From Alphaproteobacteria bacterium (GTDB taxonomy: Bacteria; Pseudomonadota; Alphaproteobacteria; SP197), in NCBI GenBank assembly GCA_965228895.1, contig OZ245842.1, positions 3,872,001-3,936,000 of the forward strand: a stretch of DNA of 64,000 nt. Direction: 5' to 3'. Shown piece by piece: positions 29,150 to 42,609 of this stretch. The notes beneath the pieces were generated by a model that worked only from the letters and a program-made list of their open reading frames with translations, had not been told where the DNA came from and did no database searches. Position 1 is the first letter of the stretch, and every line of letters begins with the position of its first letter. The position numbers and the translations under genes are program-made.

Positions 29150-29926
29150 ATGACAGGCAGACTTGACGGCAGATGCGCGATCGTAACGGGCGCGGGACGC
29201 GGTATCGGTGAGGCGATCGCGAAGGTCTTCGCACGAGAAGGCGCTGATGTGCTGGTGACGAACCGCCATGTCGGGCGCGGCGAAAAGACGACACGCGATA
29301 TTGTCGACGCGGGCGGCTCTGCGTCGTTTCTTCAAGTCGACGTCACCGACAGCGCGGCGGTCAAGGCGATGGCAGCCGAAGCGAAGAAGCGTTACGGGCG
29401 CATCGATATCCTGGCCCATAACGCCGGTATCTTCCCGTCAACGGAACTGACCAAGATGCGCGAGGATCAGTGGGACGAGGTCCTCGACACCAACCTGACG
29501 AGCGCCTACCGCGCGGTGAAAGCGTGCCTGCCGCAGATGATCAAGCAGAAGTACGGGCGGGTCGTCATCACCTCCTCGATCACCGGACCGCGCGTCGGTT
29601 ATCCCGGCTGGACCCACTATGGCGCCTCCAAGGCCGGTCTGAACGGCTTCATGCGCTCGGCCGCCCTGGAGGTCGCCAAGAACGGCATCACCATCAACGG
29701 CGTCGAGCCCGGCAACATTCGTGTCCGCCCGGCCACCACCGCCGCCGGTCGCGAGCATGAGGAGTCCATGAGCCCCGCCATCCCCATGGGCCACCTGGGC
29801 GAGCCCGAAGACATCGCCTATGCCGCCCTCTACCTCGCCAGCGACGAAGCCAAGTTCGTCACCGGCCAGACCATCATCGTCGACGGCGGCCAGATCCTGC
29901 CCGAAGCGCAGTCGGGGATTGCCTGA
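29150..29926 (+). CDS. Short-chain dehydrogenase/reductase (FabG-like)
   Basis: TGAGRGIG, HNAG, YGASK, VTGQTIIVDGG. Confidence 0.92.
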   Translation: MTGRLDGRCAIVTGAGRGIGEAIAKVFAREGADVLVTNRHVGRGEKTTRDIVDAGGSASFLQVDVTDSAAVKAMAAEAKKRYGRIDILAHNAGIFPSTELTKMREDQWDEVLDTNLTSAYRAVKACLPQMIKQKYGRVVITSSITGPRVGYPGWTHYGASKAGLNGFMRSAALEVAKNGITINGVEPGNIRVRPATTAAGREHEESMSPAIPMGHLGEPEDIAYAALYLASDEAKFVTGQTIIVDGGQILPEAQSGIA

Positions 29927-29935
29927 GCGCAAACA

Positions 29936-30841
29936 TCAGAGGCCCGAGAAATAGGCGCGCGCTGTCGCGGTGAAGGCGGCCATCACATCGGCGGACCGGC
30001 CGCGGCTGGGGCGTGCCAGGACGATATCCAACGGCGGCATCGGCTCCTTGATCGGCAGGCACGCGATCGCTTTACCGTCATAGGCGATGTCGCTTGCCGG
30101 GCGGGCGTAGAGCAACGAGAATCCGAGACCGTTGGCAACCGCACTCCTGACCAGTTCAAAGGACTGCGAGCGCAACGAGATCGCCGGCGCCAGGCCGCCG
30201 CGTTCCAGGATCGCCGCGAACAGCTCGCGCGTCGCCGGCCAATCGAGCTGGACGTAGCTGTCATCGGCGAGCGCCCGCAGACTGATACCTTCTTCGTTGG
30301 CGAGCGTATGGTCGCCGGATAACAGCACATAGGGCTCCAGGCTCGCCACGCGCTCCAGAACCAGACCGCGCTGGGCGAGGTTCATGTCGTAACAAAGCGC
30401 CAGATCGATCTCGGCATTCGCCAGGGCCGTGATGAGTTCATCGCCGCGCCCCTCCGATACCACGCACTCGATGTTCGGATGCTGGCGGCGCATCAGGCGC
30501 AGAAGCCCGGGCAGATAAAACGGCGCCAGGGTCTCGTAGCAGCCGAGCCGCAGCTCGCCCTCCAAGTCAGCGCCCAGTTCGCGCATGCGCCGGTCGGCCT
30601 CGTCGGCGCGGGCCAGAAGCTGGCGCACGATCAAGACGGCCTCGCGCCCGACCGAGGTGAGTTCGGTGCCGCGCGCGTGGCGGCGCACCAGAAGGGTAAA
30701 GCCCAGCATCTGCTCCAGCTTGTCGACGGCGCTCGCAATCGCCGGCTCCGAGATGTTGAGCGCCCGCGCGGCCTGGGCAATGCCGCCATGCTCGGCGACG
30801 GCGGAGAAGTAGGTCAGCTGTTTGAGCGTGAAATTGACCAT
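29936..30841 (-). CDS. LysR family regulator, divergent from Rieske oxygenase
   Basis: FTLKQLTYFSAVAEHGGIAQAARALNISEP HTH. Confidence 0.93.
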   Translation of the reverse strand: MVNFTLKQLTYFSAVAEHGGIAQAARALNISEPAIASAVDKLEQMLGFTLLVRRHARGTELTSVGREAVLIVRQLLARADEADRRMRELGADLEGELRLGCYETLAPFYLPGLLRLMRRQHPNIECVVSEGRGDELITALANAEIDLALCYDMNLAQRGLVLERVASLEPYVLLSGDHTLANEEGISLRALADDSYVQLDWPATRELFAAILERGGLAPAISLRSQSFELVRSAVANGLGFSLLYARPASDIAYDGKAIACLPIKEPMPPLDIVLARPSRGRSADVMAAFTATARAYFSGL

Positions 30842-30933
30842 ATCTAGTATAGTTTGTGAGACGACTAAATGTATTTTATATGACCTTGCGCGGCCCGTAC
30901 AATGGCGCCCAAGCCAAATGACGGGAAACGACC

Positions 30934-32085
30934 ATGGATAAGGCTGTCGATATGACCGGCGATGCCTACGCTGCGTTGAGCGCCATCGACGGACAACCGT
31001 TCGACGAGGCGCGCGCCCTGCCCCCGGCGATCTACACCTCGCCCGACTTCGTGAAGCTGGAGGAAGCCCATATCTTCGGGCGCGAATGGGTGTGTGTCGG
31101 TCGCGCGGAGTCGCTGGCCAAGGCGGGCGACTATCTGACCTTCGAACTGGCCGGCCAGCCGATCGTCGTTCTACGCGACGGCAAGAAGAACATCCGCGCC
31201 TATTCGAACGTCTGCCTGCACCGCATGAGCACCCTGCTCCACGGCAGCGGCAACACCCGCATGATCGTCTGCCCTTATCACGCCTGGAGCTATGGGCTGG
31301 ACGGCTCGCTGAAGAACGCGCCCTACATGGATCAAAGTCCCGGCTTCAGCAAAAAGAGCTGCAAGCTGCCGGATGTCCGCTCGGAAGTCTGGGAAGGCTG
31401 GATCTACGTCACCTTGAACCCGGACATCGAACCAGTGAGCAAGCGCCTGGCGAGCCTGAGCGAGAAGGTCACCGGACGCTACCGCATGGGCGACTATGTC
31501 GAGACATTTCGCGAGGAGCATGTCTGGAACACCAACTGGAAGGTCTTGGCCGAAAACTTCATGGAGAGCTATCACCTGTTCGCCCTGCACAAGGCGACGG
31601 TCGGGCCGTTCTCTAAGGTCGAGGAAATGGATTGTCCTGAGGGCGAACCGACCTTCAACTACCATTGGATTACCAAGGAGTCGGCGCTTGCCATCGGCAA
31701 CGCCCATCCCGACAACGATTATCTGGACGGCGAATGGCGGCGCACGACGGCGCTGATCACGATCTATCCCAGTCACATGATCACGCTAACGCCCGGTTAC
31801 TTCTGGTATCTGGTTCTGCGGCCACGCGGCGTCGATAAGGTCGACATCCTTTACGGCGGCGGCCTCGCCCGTCACTTCGTCGACGACGAAAAAGGCCAGA
31901 CCTACATGGCGGAGATGAAGACGCTGCTGGACGAGGTCAACGAGGAAGACCGCACCGGCGTCGAGCGCGTCTTCCGCGGCCTTAACGCGCCGCTCGCCCA
32001 ACCCGGGCGGCTGAGCCATCTGGAACGGCCGAACTATGAGTTCGGCCAGTACCTCGCGCGGCAGATCTGCGGTAACGTCGGCTGA
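30934..32085 (+). CDS. Rieske non-heme iron oxygenase alpha subunit (choline monooxygenase/GbcA/CntA-like group)
   Basis: CLHR...CPYH Rieske motif; NWKVLAENFMESYH...H mononuclear Fe site; C-terminal ED. Confidence 0.9.
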   Translation: MDKAVDMTGDAYAALSAIDGQPFDEARALPPAIYTSPDFVKLEEAHIFGREWVCVGRAESLAKAGDYLTFELAGQPIVVLRDGKKNIRAYSNVCLHRMSTLLHGSGNTRMIVCPYHAWSYGLDGSLKNAPYMDQSPGFSKKSCKLPDVRSEVWEGWIYVTLNPDIEPVSKRLASLSEKVTGRYRMGDYVETFREEHVWNTNWKVLAENFMESYHLFALHKATVGPFSKVEEMDCPEGEPTFNYHWITKESALAIGNAHPDNDYLDGEWRRTTALITIYPSHMITLTPGYFWYLVLRPRGVDKVDILYGGGLARHFVDDEKGQTYMAEMKTLLDEVNEEDRTGVERVFRGLNAPLAQPGRLSHLERPNYEFGQYLARQICGNVG

Positions 32086-32127
32086 TCCGGCATCACGACG
32101 ATGCCGCCGTAAACTGCTGCAGGTTGG

Positions 32128-34074
32128 ATGAGTTCAGAACGGCGACGATCGCTTAGACTGGCTGTCATTGGTGCTCTGTTGGTGTCGGCTGTGTTGGTTG
32201 TCGGCATCATACTCTGGCGTCAAGAGTCCGATCTTTCGACGATCACCGCGCCGACGATCGTTCTCACCGGCGAACGTGTCGCGTTGCTACGCGAGCGCAT
32301 GGAGACCGACCAGGATTTCGCCAGGGAGGTCGCCCACCTCGTCAAGAAGGCAGAGGATTTTCTCGAAATGCCGGTCCTCACGGAGGACTATGTCAATCCA
32401 AAGAAAAGCGACCATCCCATCCCACTCTATACGGCGCGCGAGGCGTTCGACCGCCTGACGACGCTGGCGCTTGCCTGGCAGTTAGAAGGCGACACACGGT
32501 TTGCGCAAAGAGCAAGGGACGAGGCCATTGCCATCGCGACCTTTACGACCTGGGACCCAAGCCCCTTTTTGACCGTCGCGGAGTACGCCGCCGCGCTATC
32601 GCTGGGTTACGACTGGACCCGCGACGCGTTTGCCGAGAACGACGTTCGCCTGGTGCATGAGGCCCTCATTGGCAAGGCGATCGCACCCGGTCTTGCCGCG
32701 TACAACGCTGCCGTCGACACCATGGAAGCAAGCTGGGTCCACCCACGGGGAGGCCATCCATCGTTCCAGACCTCAACGGATATCGCGGACGTCGTGTGGC
32801 CGGAAGAGACCTTTAACTGGAACATCGTCAACAACGGCGGCCTCGTTCTCGGCGCGCTTGTCCTTCTAGAGGAGCACCCGGACATTGCGGGCCGAGTCCT
32901 GGATCGTGCACGGGAGTCAGTGATGTTCGGATTTTCAGGTTACGAGCCGGACGGCGGTTGGGCGGAGGGGCCGGACTACTGGTCCTTCGCGACGCGCTAC
33001 GCCGCGCTGCTCACCTCAGCGCTTGAAGGCGTCACATTGAACGATCATGTGCCGCCGGACCTCACCGCTTTAACGGAGACCGGCGCATTCATCCTCTATG
33101 CCACCGGTCCCACAGGATTGGCCTTCAACTTCGGTGACAGTTCCACGCAACAATCGCGCACCGGCGTCGGCTGGCTTGCCGAACGGTTTGATCAGCCGGT
33201 TTACGCCTGGCTTGACGACCGGGTTCCGCCGGGCTCACGACTTGCTCTCGATGTGATTTGGGACGCGGCGTCGCCTGGCCAATCGCCAAGTGAACTCGAC
33301 CTGCCGCTCAACAGGCATTTCGAAGGAATCCATACGGCGTTTCTGAGGAGCAGTTGGGATGATCCCGACGCCATCTTCGTCGGCTTCAAGGGCGGCCACA
33401 ACGAAGGGCATCACATTCATCTCGACCTCGGCACATTTGTGCTCGATGGACTCGGCGAGCGATGGGCCATCGACCTGGGACCGGACGACTACGAACTCCC
33501 TGGCTATTTCGGTAACAAACGCTGGACCTACTACCGCACATCGACGGTGGGCCACAACACGCTCACGCTAAACGGCCAGAACCAGGATCTGGTGGTAGAA
33601 GTGCCGATCACGGCGTTCGGCGACGGCCAGGACTCTGCCTTCGCTATCGCCGACTTGTCGCCAGCCTACGGTATGCCAACGGGAAGCCTCGTCAGGGGGA
33701 TCGCATTGATCGACCGTAAGGCGGTCCTGGTGCAAGACGAGTTTGATCCTGATGTCACCGACAACATCGTTTGGTCGATGCATACAAGAGCCAACATTGC
33801 GCTCGACGGCAGGACGGCGACGCTGACACAGAACGGCAAGACCATGACGGCGACAATACTGGAGCCGGCGGAGGGCGTAGCGTTCTCGATGCGCTCGGCG
33901 CATCAAGACCCGCCGCAACAGCCCAACACGGGGGTCAACGTGTTGACCACCAACCTGGCATCAGGTGCGGAGATTGACCGGCTTGCGGTTCTCTTCAGCT
34001 TCGGCAAGGACGCGGAGTTGCCGCGCGTCCTCCCCTTCTCGGCGTGGTCCGAACCTAAAGACGCGGCGCCCTAG
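32128..34074 (+). CDS. Heparinase II/III-like polysaccharide lyase, N-terminally membrane-anchored
   Basis: FNWNIV, DGGWAEGPDYW, FNFGDS, HIHLDLGTFVLD, HNTLTLNG. Confidence 0.82.
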   Translation: MSSERRRSLRLAVIGALLVSAVLVVGIILWRQESDLSTITAPTIVLTGERVALLRERMETDQDFAREVAHLVKKAEDFLEMPVLTEDYVNPKKSDHPIPLYTAREAFDRLTTLALAWQLEGDTRFAQRARDEAIAIATFTTWDPSPFLTVAEYAAALSLGYDWTRDAFAENDVRLVHEALIGKAIAPGLAAYNAAVDTMEASWVHPRGGHPSFQTSTDIADVVWPEETFNWNIVNNGGLVLGALVLLEEHPDIAGRVLDRARESVMFGFSGYEPDGGWAEGPDYWSFATRYAALLTSALEGVTLNDHVPPDLTALTETGAFILYATGPTGLAFNFGDSSTQQSRTGVGWLAERFDQPVYAWLDDRVPPGSRLALDVIWDAASPGQSPSELDLPLNRHFEGIHTAFLRSSWDDPDAIFVGFKGGHNEGHHIHLDLGTFVLDGLGERWAIDLGPDDYELPGYFGNKRWTYYRTSTVGHNTLTLNGQNQDLVVEVPITAFGDGQDSAFAIADLSPAYGMPTGSLVRGIALIDRKAVLVQDEFDPDVTDNIVWSMHTRANIALDGRTATLTQNGKTMTATILEPAEGVAFSMRSAHQDPPQQPNTGVNVLTTNLASGAEIDRLAVLFSFGKDAELPRVLPFSAWSEPKDAAP

Positions 34075-34376
34075 TTTTCGTTCCGACAACGAAAAGCGAC
34101 GACTGCTACAAGGCCTTTTTTTTGGGCTTGTTATCGCCCGGGTCCGATGCGGTCGTTAAACTGATAAGTCGGTTCGCCTATACTTGGTGCCCTGTCTCGA
34201 CGTTGAGAGGCATCCCATTGCCATACTTTCTAACAAGAGCCACAGGTGTGGTCTGTCTTGAACATCACCAAGCCCATGATCCATGTTTCGTGCCGTAATG
34301 CGGAAGCGGCTACGTTCTCGGCCGCGAGAAATGCCGAATCCGCCGCGTTGGCCCCCATTAACCGGAGATAGAGGTA

Positions 34377-35711
34377 ATGACGCAGCAGTATAGTCGTCGC
34401 GGTTTCCTGACAGCGGCTTCGGCGACGCTGGCGGCACCGGCGATTGTCCGCGCGGCGACCGGCGACGTGGATGTCGTTATCGTTGGCGCCGGTTCCGCGG
34501 GCCTCGCCGCCGGTCATGCCCTCATTTCGGCAGGACTGACGGTCGCCATTCTCGAAGCGACCGGGCGAATCGGTGGACGGGCTTTTACCGACACCACGAC
34601 ATTTGGGCTGCCCTTTGACCGCGGCTGTTCGTGGTTGCACTCCTCCGACGTGAACCCCTACACGCCCTTGGCGCGCCAATGGGGCTACACCCTGGAGAGC
34701 CATGATGGCGCCGACGAGGCCGTGTTCGTCGGCCACCGTGAGCCGGACAGCGCGGAGTGGTCGGCCTATGATCGCGCATGGCGGGCAACCAGGGGCGGCC
34801 TGTCGGATGCCGGCCAGGACGGCCTCGACCTCCCGGCCTCTGACGTGGTGCCCCAAGGCATTCCGTGGGGCGGCAACAGCCAGACATGGATCGGCCCCAT
34901 GAGCATGGGCATGGACTTTGCCGATCTTTCACCGGTCGATTGGTGGTCGCTGGCGGACACCGAACCCAATCTCGAAGTTCTCGAAGGTTTCGGCACACTC
35001 GTCGCGCGCTACGGCGCAGATCTTCCTGTGACACTCAACGCGCCGGTCACGGCAATTGATCATGGCGCCAATCCGGTCAGGGTCGAAAGCGCTGCCGGCA
35101 CACTGACCGCGCGCGCCGTCATCGTGACGGTGTCGACCGGCGTCCTTGCGGCTGAGAAGGTTCGTTTTATGCCTGGCCTGCCCAATCGTGTGCTCGGCGG
35201 CATTGATGGCTTACCCATGGGTCTGCTCGCCAAAGTGCCGCTGCTGTTCGATGGCGCTCGGTTCGGTCTGAAGGCGAACGAGTGGTTGTCGTACAAGGTC
35301 CCTGAAACCATGCCCGCTGAAGCCTGCTTCTTCCTGACCTGGCCATTCAACACGGACCTCATGATCGGCCTGGTTGGCGGCGCGTTCGGTTGGGACCTCT
35401 CTGCAGCTGGCGACGATGTGGCAGTCGACTTCGCGCTCGGCGAGCTGCGTAAGATCTTCGGCGAGAAGGTCGATCAGCATTTCATCAAAGGCGGTTTCAC
35501 TAACTGGGCCAACGACCCGTGGATCCTGGGTGCCTACGCCTCCGAACGTCCGGGTCAGCACGGCGCGCGCGCAGCGCTGGGCGAACCGATCGACGGACGG
35601 CTGTTCCTGGCCGGCGAGGCGCTGGCCGGCCCCTATGCGGTCACCTGTGGCGGCGCCAACATGTCGGGCACCCGCGTCGCCGGCGACGTCATTCGCAGCT
35701 TGCAGGGGTAA
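34377..35711 (+). CDS. Tat-exported flavin monoamine oxidase family protein
   Basis: SRRGFL Tat motif; GAGSAG; EATGRIGGR; LFLAGEA. Confidence 0.88.
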   Translation: MTQQYSRRGFLTAASATLAAPAIVRAATGDVDVVIVGAGSAGLAAGHALISAGLTVAILEATGRIGGRAFTDTTTFGLPFDRGCSWLHSSDVNPYTPLARQWGYTLESHDGADEAVFVGHREPDSAEWSAYDRAWRATRGGLSDAGQDGLDLPASDVVPQGIPWGGNSQTWIGPMSMGMDFADLSPVDWWSLADTEPNLEVLEGFGTLVARYGADLPVTLNAPVTAIDHGANPVRVESAAGTLTARAVIVTVSTGVLAAEKVRFMPGLPNRVLGGIDGLPMGLLAKVPLLFDGARFGLKANEWLSYKVPETMPAEACFFLTWPFNTDLMIGLVGGAFGWDLSAAGDDVAVDFALGELRKIFGEKVDQHFIKGGFTNWANDPWILGAYASERPGQHGARAALGEPIDGRLFLAGEALAGPYAVTCGGANMSGTRVAGDVIRSLQG

Positions 35712-35842
35712 ATGTGGGGACTGAAGTGACCTGGTGAGAGCGGACCAGTTCCATCGTTGCGATGTATGATCAGCGTCCAGAAGCGGACGACAATGGCCTC
35801 GGATCTAACGCGCGTTTAGCGACCAAGCCCCCCTACGAGAAA

Positions 35843-35938
35843 CCGGGACCCATGAACACGGGACGTCGCCCTTAAGCACGCCCCGTGTTCATGTATCGAT
35901 GGGCCGTGTTCCTGGATCCCGGGTCAAGCCCGGGATGC
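35843..35938. repeat. REP-like palindromic element between convergent genes
   Basis: CATGAACACGGG/CCCGTGTTCATG and ATCCCGGG-TCAAG-CCCGGGAT hairpins. Confidence 0.6.
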
Positions 35939-35956
35939 GTCAGTGCAGTCTCAACG

Positions 35957-38551
<2,595 letters not shown>

Positions 38552-38588
38552 TCTTCGGAATCCCCTTTGGAGGCGAATTTCTTACCGA

Positions 38589-38618
38589 AGATATGGTGTT
38601 GTATTTATGCCACACAAG
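38589..38618 (-). promoter_or_regulatory. Probable RpoH (sigma32) promoter of clpB
   Basis: Minus strand CTTG-N18-CCATATCT, close to the alphaproteobacterial RpoH consensus. Confidence 0.6.
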
Positions 38619-38640
38619 GCCCGAAACACTGTTTCGGCCC
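38618..38640 (-). terminator. Hairpin downstream of DUF4167 gene
   Basis: Minus strand GGGCCGAAACAGTGTTTCGGGCC inverted repeat; no long U tract. Confidence 0.4.
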
Positions 38641-38681
38641 TACTTAAAGCACGAATTCCACGGGGACCGCGACGTCTGCCC

Positions 38682-39182
38682 TTAAGCCGCTGGTTGCGAT
38701 TCCTCAGGTTTTTTCCGCTTGCGCGTGCGGGTCGGCTTGGCCTCTGCGGGTTCAGCCTCTGCCGCTTCGGCGGCTTCGGCCGGCTTTTCAGCGGCTTCGA
38801 CCGTTTCAGCAGCCTGCTCCGCCTCAACCGGCTCGGCAGCACCGTTTCCAGCACGCTCCACAACGGCCTCGGCCGGCTCGTCTTGACGTTCCCGTTCCGC
38901 CCGCTCGCGCGCGGCCTCGGCCGCCCGTTCGTTGTTGGCGTTGACGATGCGGGTGTAGTGCTCGGCATGCTGCAGGTAGTTTTCTGCGGCTACACGATCG
39001 CCCGTGGACGACGCATCGCGCGCCAGGGCGGCATACTTTTCGGCAACCTGAGCGGCAGAACCGCGCACCTTTACATCAGGGCCGTTGCTATCGAAGGACT
39101 GATTACGGTTACCGCCACCACCACCGCGTCGTGAATGGTTACGGTTGTTGCGGGCTCGCTTGCCCGACCCTCCTGGTCTCAT
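38682..39182 (-). CDS. DUF4167 domain protein
   Basis: FDSNGPDVKVRG...EKY..LARDA...DRVAAENYLQHAEHY.RI; usual prmC-clpB position. Confidence 0.92.
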   Translation of the reverse strand: MRPGGSGKRARNNRNHSRRGGGGGNRNQSFDSNGPDVKVRGSAAQVAEKYAALARDASSTGDRVAAENYLQHAEHYTRIVNANNERAAEAARERAERERQDEPAEAVVERAGNGAAEPVEAEQAAETVEAAEKPAEAAEAAEAEPAEAKPTRTRKRKKPEESQPAA

Positions 39183-39428
39183 GCTTTTTTCACTCTCGCA
39201 CGGTCAGTGATGAAACGCTGCGTCAAACAAACGACATCCTTACGGAGGAAACTCTCCGTTTTGCTTATCTTTCGTCGCTGATGCAGTCAGATTCCGACGC
39301 AGGGTGGCGATCACCGCTTGCTCATCAACCAAAGCCCCTAGGCTTGGTTCCGCCGGTCTGTGCGAGGAGGACGGTATCCAACCAGCGCACGCTTTCCAAG
39401 CAGTTTTTTTCTTCCTGTCCCCAACCCG

Positions 39429-40280
39429 TTAACCTTTGAGAATCAGGCATCTCTCTCGATCGCCGAGGTCACGCCGCCGTTCGATGGCGGAAAGCCCACA
39501 ACGGCTCGCCAGCGCCTCAATGCCATCGGCCTGACCGGGCCCGTGTTCCAGGACGACGATACCCTGGTCAGCCAGGATCGGCCTTACCGGCTTCACGATC
39601 CGGCGATAGGCGTCCAGACCATCAGCCCCGCCGTCGAGCGCGGCGACCGGTTCCCACAAGGCAACCTCCGGCTCCAGTCCGGCGAGCGTCGCGGTCTCGA
39701 TATAGGGCGGATTTGACACCACGATGTCGAAGGGCCCGGTCAACCCGTTCGCCCAATCGCCCGACTGAAATGCCGCGCGATCGTCAAGCGAAAGACGTTT
39801 GGCGTTGTCGCGCGCCAGGGTCAACGCGTCATCGCTGGCATCAACACCCAGACCTGTGCTCGCCGACAGTTCATGCAGGAGTGTCAGCAACAAGCAACCG
39901 GTGCCGGTGCCCAGATCAAGCAGGCGCATCGGCTTCGAACGATTGGCGACATGATCGAGGACTGCCTCGATCAACGTTTCACTCTCGGGCCGCGGGCTCA
40001 GGACGGCGCGGCTGACACCGAAGTCCAGACTCCAAAACTCTTTCGTACCGAGGATCTGCGAGACCGGTTCGCGTGCCTCGCGTCGCGCAATCAGCCTATC
40101 GAAAGCATTTGCGTGGGCTTCGCCAAGCAGTTCATCGCTGTGGCCGATCAGGTGCGCGCGGTCGCAATCGAGCACGTGACAAAGCAATAACTCGGCATCG
40201 CGCTTGGGCGTCTCAACGCCGGCGTCATCAAGGCGTGGCACAGCCGCCGCAATCGACTGCCGGAGTGTTGGTTCCCTCAC
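39429..40280 (-). CDS. prmC: Release factor glutamine methyltransferase
   Basis: [26 protein letters not shown]. Confidence 0.96.
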   Translation of the reverse strand: MREPTLRQSIAAAVPRLDDAGVETPKRDAELLLCHVLDCDRAHLIGHSDELLGEAHANAFDRLIARREAREPVSQILGTKEFWSLDFGVSRAVLSPRPESETLIEAVLDHVANRSKPMRLLDLGTGTGCLLLTLLHELSASTGLGVDASDDALTLARDNAKRLSLDDRAAFQSGDWANGLTGPFDIVVSNPPYIETATLAGLEPEVALWEPVAALDGGADGLDAYRRIVKPVRPILADQGIVVLEHGPGQADGIEALASRCGLSAIERRRDLGDRERCLILKG

Positions 40281-41350
40281 GCCAGCTCGGCCAGTTGCGC
40301 GGCTTGGTCTTCGGCGGTCAGCGCGTCGACGATCTCGTCAAGCCCATCGCCGTTCAACAACTGTTCGAGTTTGTAGAGAGTCAGGTTGATGCGGTGATCG
40401 GTAACGCGCCCCTGCGGGAAGTTGTAGGTGCGGATGCGCTCGGAACGATCGCCGGACCCGACCTGGGAACGACGCGATTCCGCGCGCGCTTCGTCACGTT
40501 CGCGCCGTTCCTCTTCATACAGCCTTGAAAGCAGGATCTTCATCGCCTTGGCGCGGTTCTTGTGCTGCGACTTCTCGTCCTGTTGGGCGACGACAATGCC
40601 GGACGGGATATGCGTGATGCGCACCGCGCTGTCGGTCTTGTTGACGTGCTGGCCGCCGGCGCCGGATGCGCGGTAGGTATCGATCCTCAAGTCCTTGTCG
40701 TCGACATGCACGTCGACCTCCTCGGCCTCCGGCAGCACCGCAACGGTCGCGGCGGAGGTATGGATACGACCGCCAGACTCGGTCACCGGCACGCGCTGCA
40801 CGCGGTGCACGCCTGACTCGTACTTCATCCTGGCAAAGACATCCTGGCCGGAGATCAGCGCCTGGGCTTCCTTGTAGCCGCCAATGCCGATTTCACTGGC
40901 GTTCAGAAGCTCGAAACGCCAGCCGCGCGATTCCGCGTAGCGCTGGTACATGCGCAGGAGATCGGCGGCGAATAAAGCGGCTTCGTCGCCGCCGGTACCG
41001 GCACGGACTTCCAGGATGGCGTTGCGTTTATCGGCCTCGTCGCGCGGCAACAGCATAAGCTGCACCTTGCGCTCCAGCTCCGGCACACGTTCGGCCAGGC
41101 CCTCGCGCTCCTGGCGCGCCATCTCCTTCATCTCGGCATCGCTTTCGGCGGCGATCATCTCGTCGAGTTCGGCCACTTCGCTCTCGGCCGAACGCAGCTC
41201 CTCGACCGTCTGAACCAGCGCCGAAAGCTCCGCATACTCCTTCGATAGCTTGACGAATTCGTCGCTGTCGCCACCGGCCGCCTGGTTCAAGAGCTCGGCC
41301 AGTTCCTGGTGGCGCAACACCACGCGATCGAGTTTTTCCTGCAAACTCAC
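40277..41350 (-). CDS. prfA: Peptide chain release factor 1
   Basis: PVT anticodon-mimic motif, [22 protein letters not shown]. Confidence 0.98.
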   Translation of the reverse strand: MSLQEKLDRVVLRHQELAELLNQAAGGDSDEFVKLSKEYAELSALVQTVEELRSAESEVAELDEMIAAESDAEMKEMARQEREGLAERVPELERKVQLMLLPRDEADKRNAILEVRAGTGGDEAALFAADLLRMYQRYAESRGWRFELLNASEIGIGGYKEAQALISGQDVFARMKYESGVHRVQRVPVTESGGRIHTSAATVAVLPEAEEVDVHVDDKDLRIDTYRASGAGGQHVNKTDSAVRITHIPSGIVVAQQDEKSQHKNRAKAMKILLSRLYEEERRERDEARAESRRSQVGSGDRSERIRTYNFPQGRVTDHRINLTLYKLEQLLNGDGLDEIVDALTAEDQAAQLAELA

Positions 41351-42609
41351 GATTTTTCCTCTTCGTCCACCGGCAGGCGGAACAACGCCTTCAGAACCAC
41401 GTCGGCATGTTCGGCGGCCTTGGGATCGCGTGCCGCCAATTCGCGTAGCGCTTCGGAAGGATCGTGCAGCAACCTTCCGACAAGCCGCCGCGTCGCCTCG
41501 TCGCTTTCGACGCCGCCCAGTTCACGCAACAGTTCAAGGCGGATCGCTTCGAAGCGAGACCGAAGTGCCGCCACCGCCGGGGTCGCGCGCCGCTGGTCCC
41601 GATCACGCTGGAAAGCCGCCAGACTCTCATCGACGATCGCCCATGCCGCATCGGCTTCACCGGCGCGACCCGCGCGCCCGGCAAGCGCGATGCGTTCGAG
41701 GTCGTCGAGACCATAGAGAAACACATCGTCCAGCCGATCTATTTCCGGATCGGCCTCAGGCGGCACCGCCGCATCGACCACGAAGATTGGACGGTTGCGC
41801 CGGCGTTTCAAGGCCTGGCGCAGATCCGCATGGCTCAGCACATGACCGCCGGTGCCAACCGTCAGAATCACGATATCGGCGCCGACCAGATCATCGGCCA
41901 GGTTCGTCATGTCGTGCAGATCGGCCTTCAGACGCTGGGCGACCGGCCCGGCCATGGCGCGCGCGCGGTGGCTCAGACCCAGACGTGACAGGCCATGATT
42001 CAGCATCCGCTCGGCGATCAGCTCGCCGGCCTCACCGGCGCCGATCATCAGACCGGAGACGCGGCCGAGATCGCCGTGGATGTCGCGTGCGATTTCAACA
42101 GCGGCCGAGGCGATCGAAACCGGCCGTTCGCCGATTGCGGTTTCCGTTCTAACCCGCTTGGCCGCCGCATAGGCGGCCTGCAGCCGACGATCGAGCAGAG
42201 GGCCGATCATGTCGTGCTTGGCCGCGCGGCGATGGCTTTCCTTGACCTGGCCCAGCACCTGCGGTTCGCCGACGATCAGGCTGTCGAGCGACGCGGCGAC
42301 AGCGAACAACTGGCGCAACGCATCGTCGCCGCGTTTGACGTAGAGCGACGGCTCGACGGGTGCGCCGGCGCGCGTCTCCAAATGGGCCCGCACGGTGGCC
42401 GCCGCGGCATCCGGGTCGTCATGGGCGACATGCAACTCGATACGGTCGCAGGTCGACAACAGCATTGCTTCGTCGATGCCGGCCGACCGCATGGTCTCGT
42501 AGAACGCCGGCAGTTCCTGTTCGGTCACGAACAGACGTTCGCGCAGATCGAGCGATGCGGAGCGATGGTTGACCCCAACGGCCAGGTGGTGGCGCGCCAT
42601 GGTGGTCAC
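41347..42609 (-). CDS. hemA: Glutamyl-tRNA reductase
   Basis: GVNHRSA...[39 protein letters not shown]; start may be ATG 42600. Confidence 0.92.
   Translation of the reverse strand: MTTMARHHLAVGVNHRSASLDLRERLFVTEQELPAFYETMRSAGIDEAMLLSTCDRIELHVAHDDPDAAAATVRAHLETRAGAPVEPSLYVKRGDDALRQLFAVAASLDSLIVGEPQVLGQVKESHRRAAKHDMIGPLLDRRLQAAYAAAKRVRTETAIGERPVSIASAAVEIARDIHGDLGRVSGLMIGAGEAGELIAERMLNHGLSRLGLSHRARAMAGPVAQRLKADLHDMTNLADDLVGADIVILTVGTGGHVLSHADLRQALKRRRNRPIFVVDAAVPPEADPEIDRLDDVFLYGLDDLERIALAGRAGRAGEADAAWAIVDESLAAFQRDRDQRRATPAVAALRSRFEAIRLELLRELGGVESDEATRRLVGRLLHDPSEALRELAARDPKAAEHADVVLKALFRLPVDEEEKS

Noticed and set aside
34075-34376. Possible small ORF or sRNA in the AT-richer spacer
   Set aside because: No convincing RBS, terminator or recognisable RNA motif
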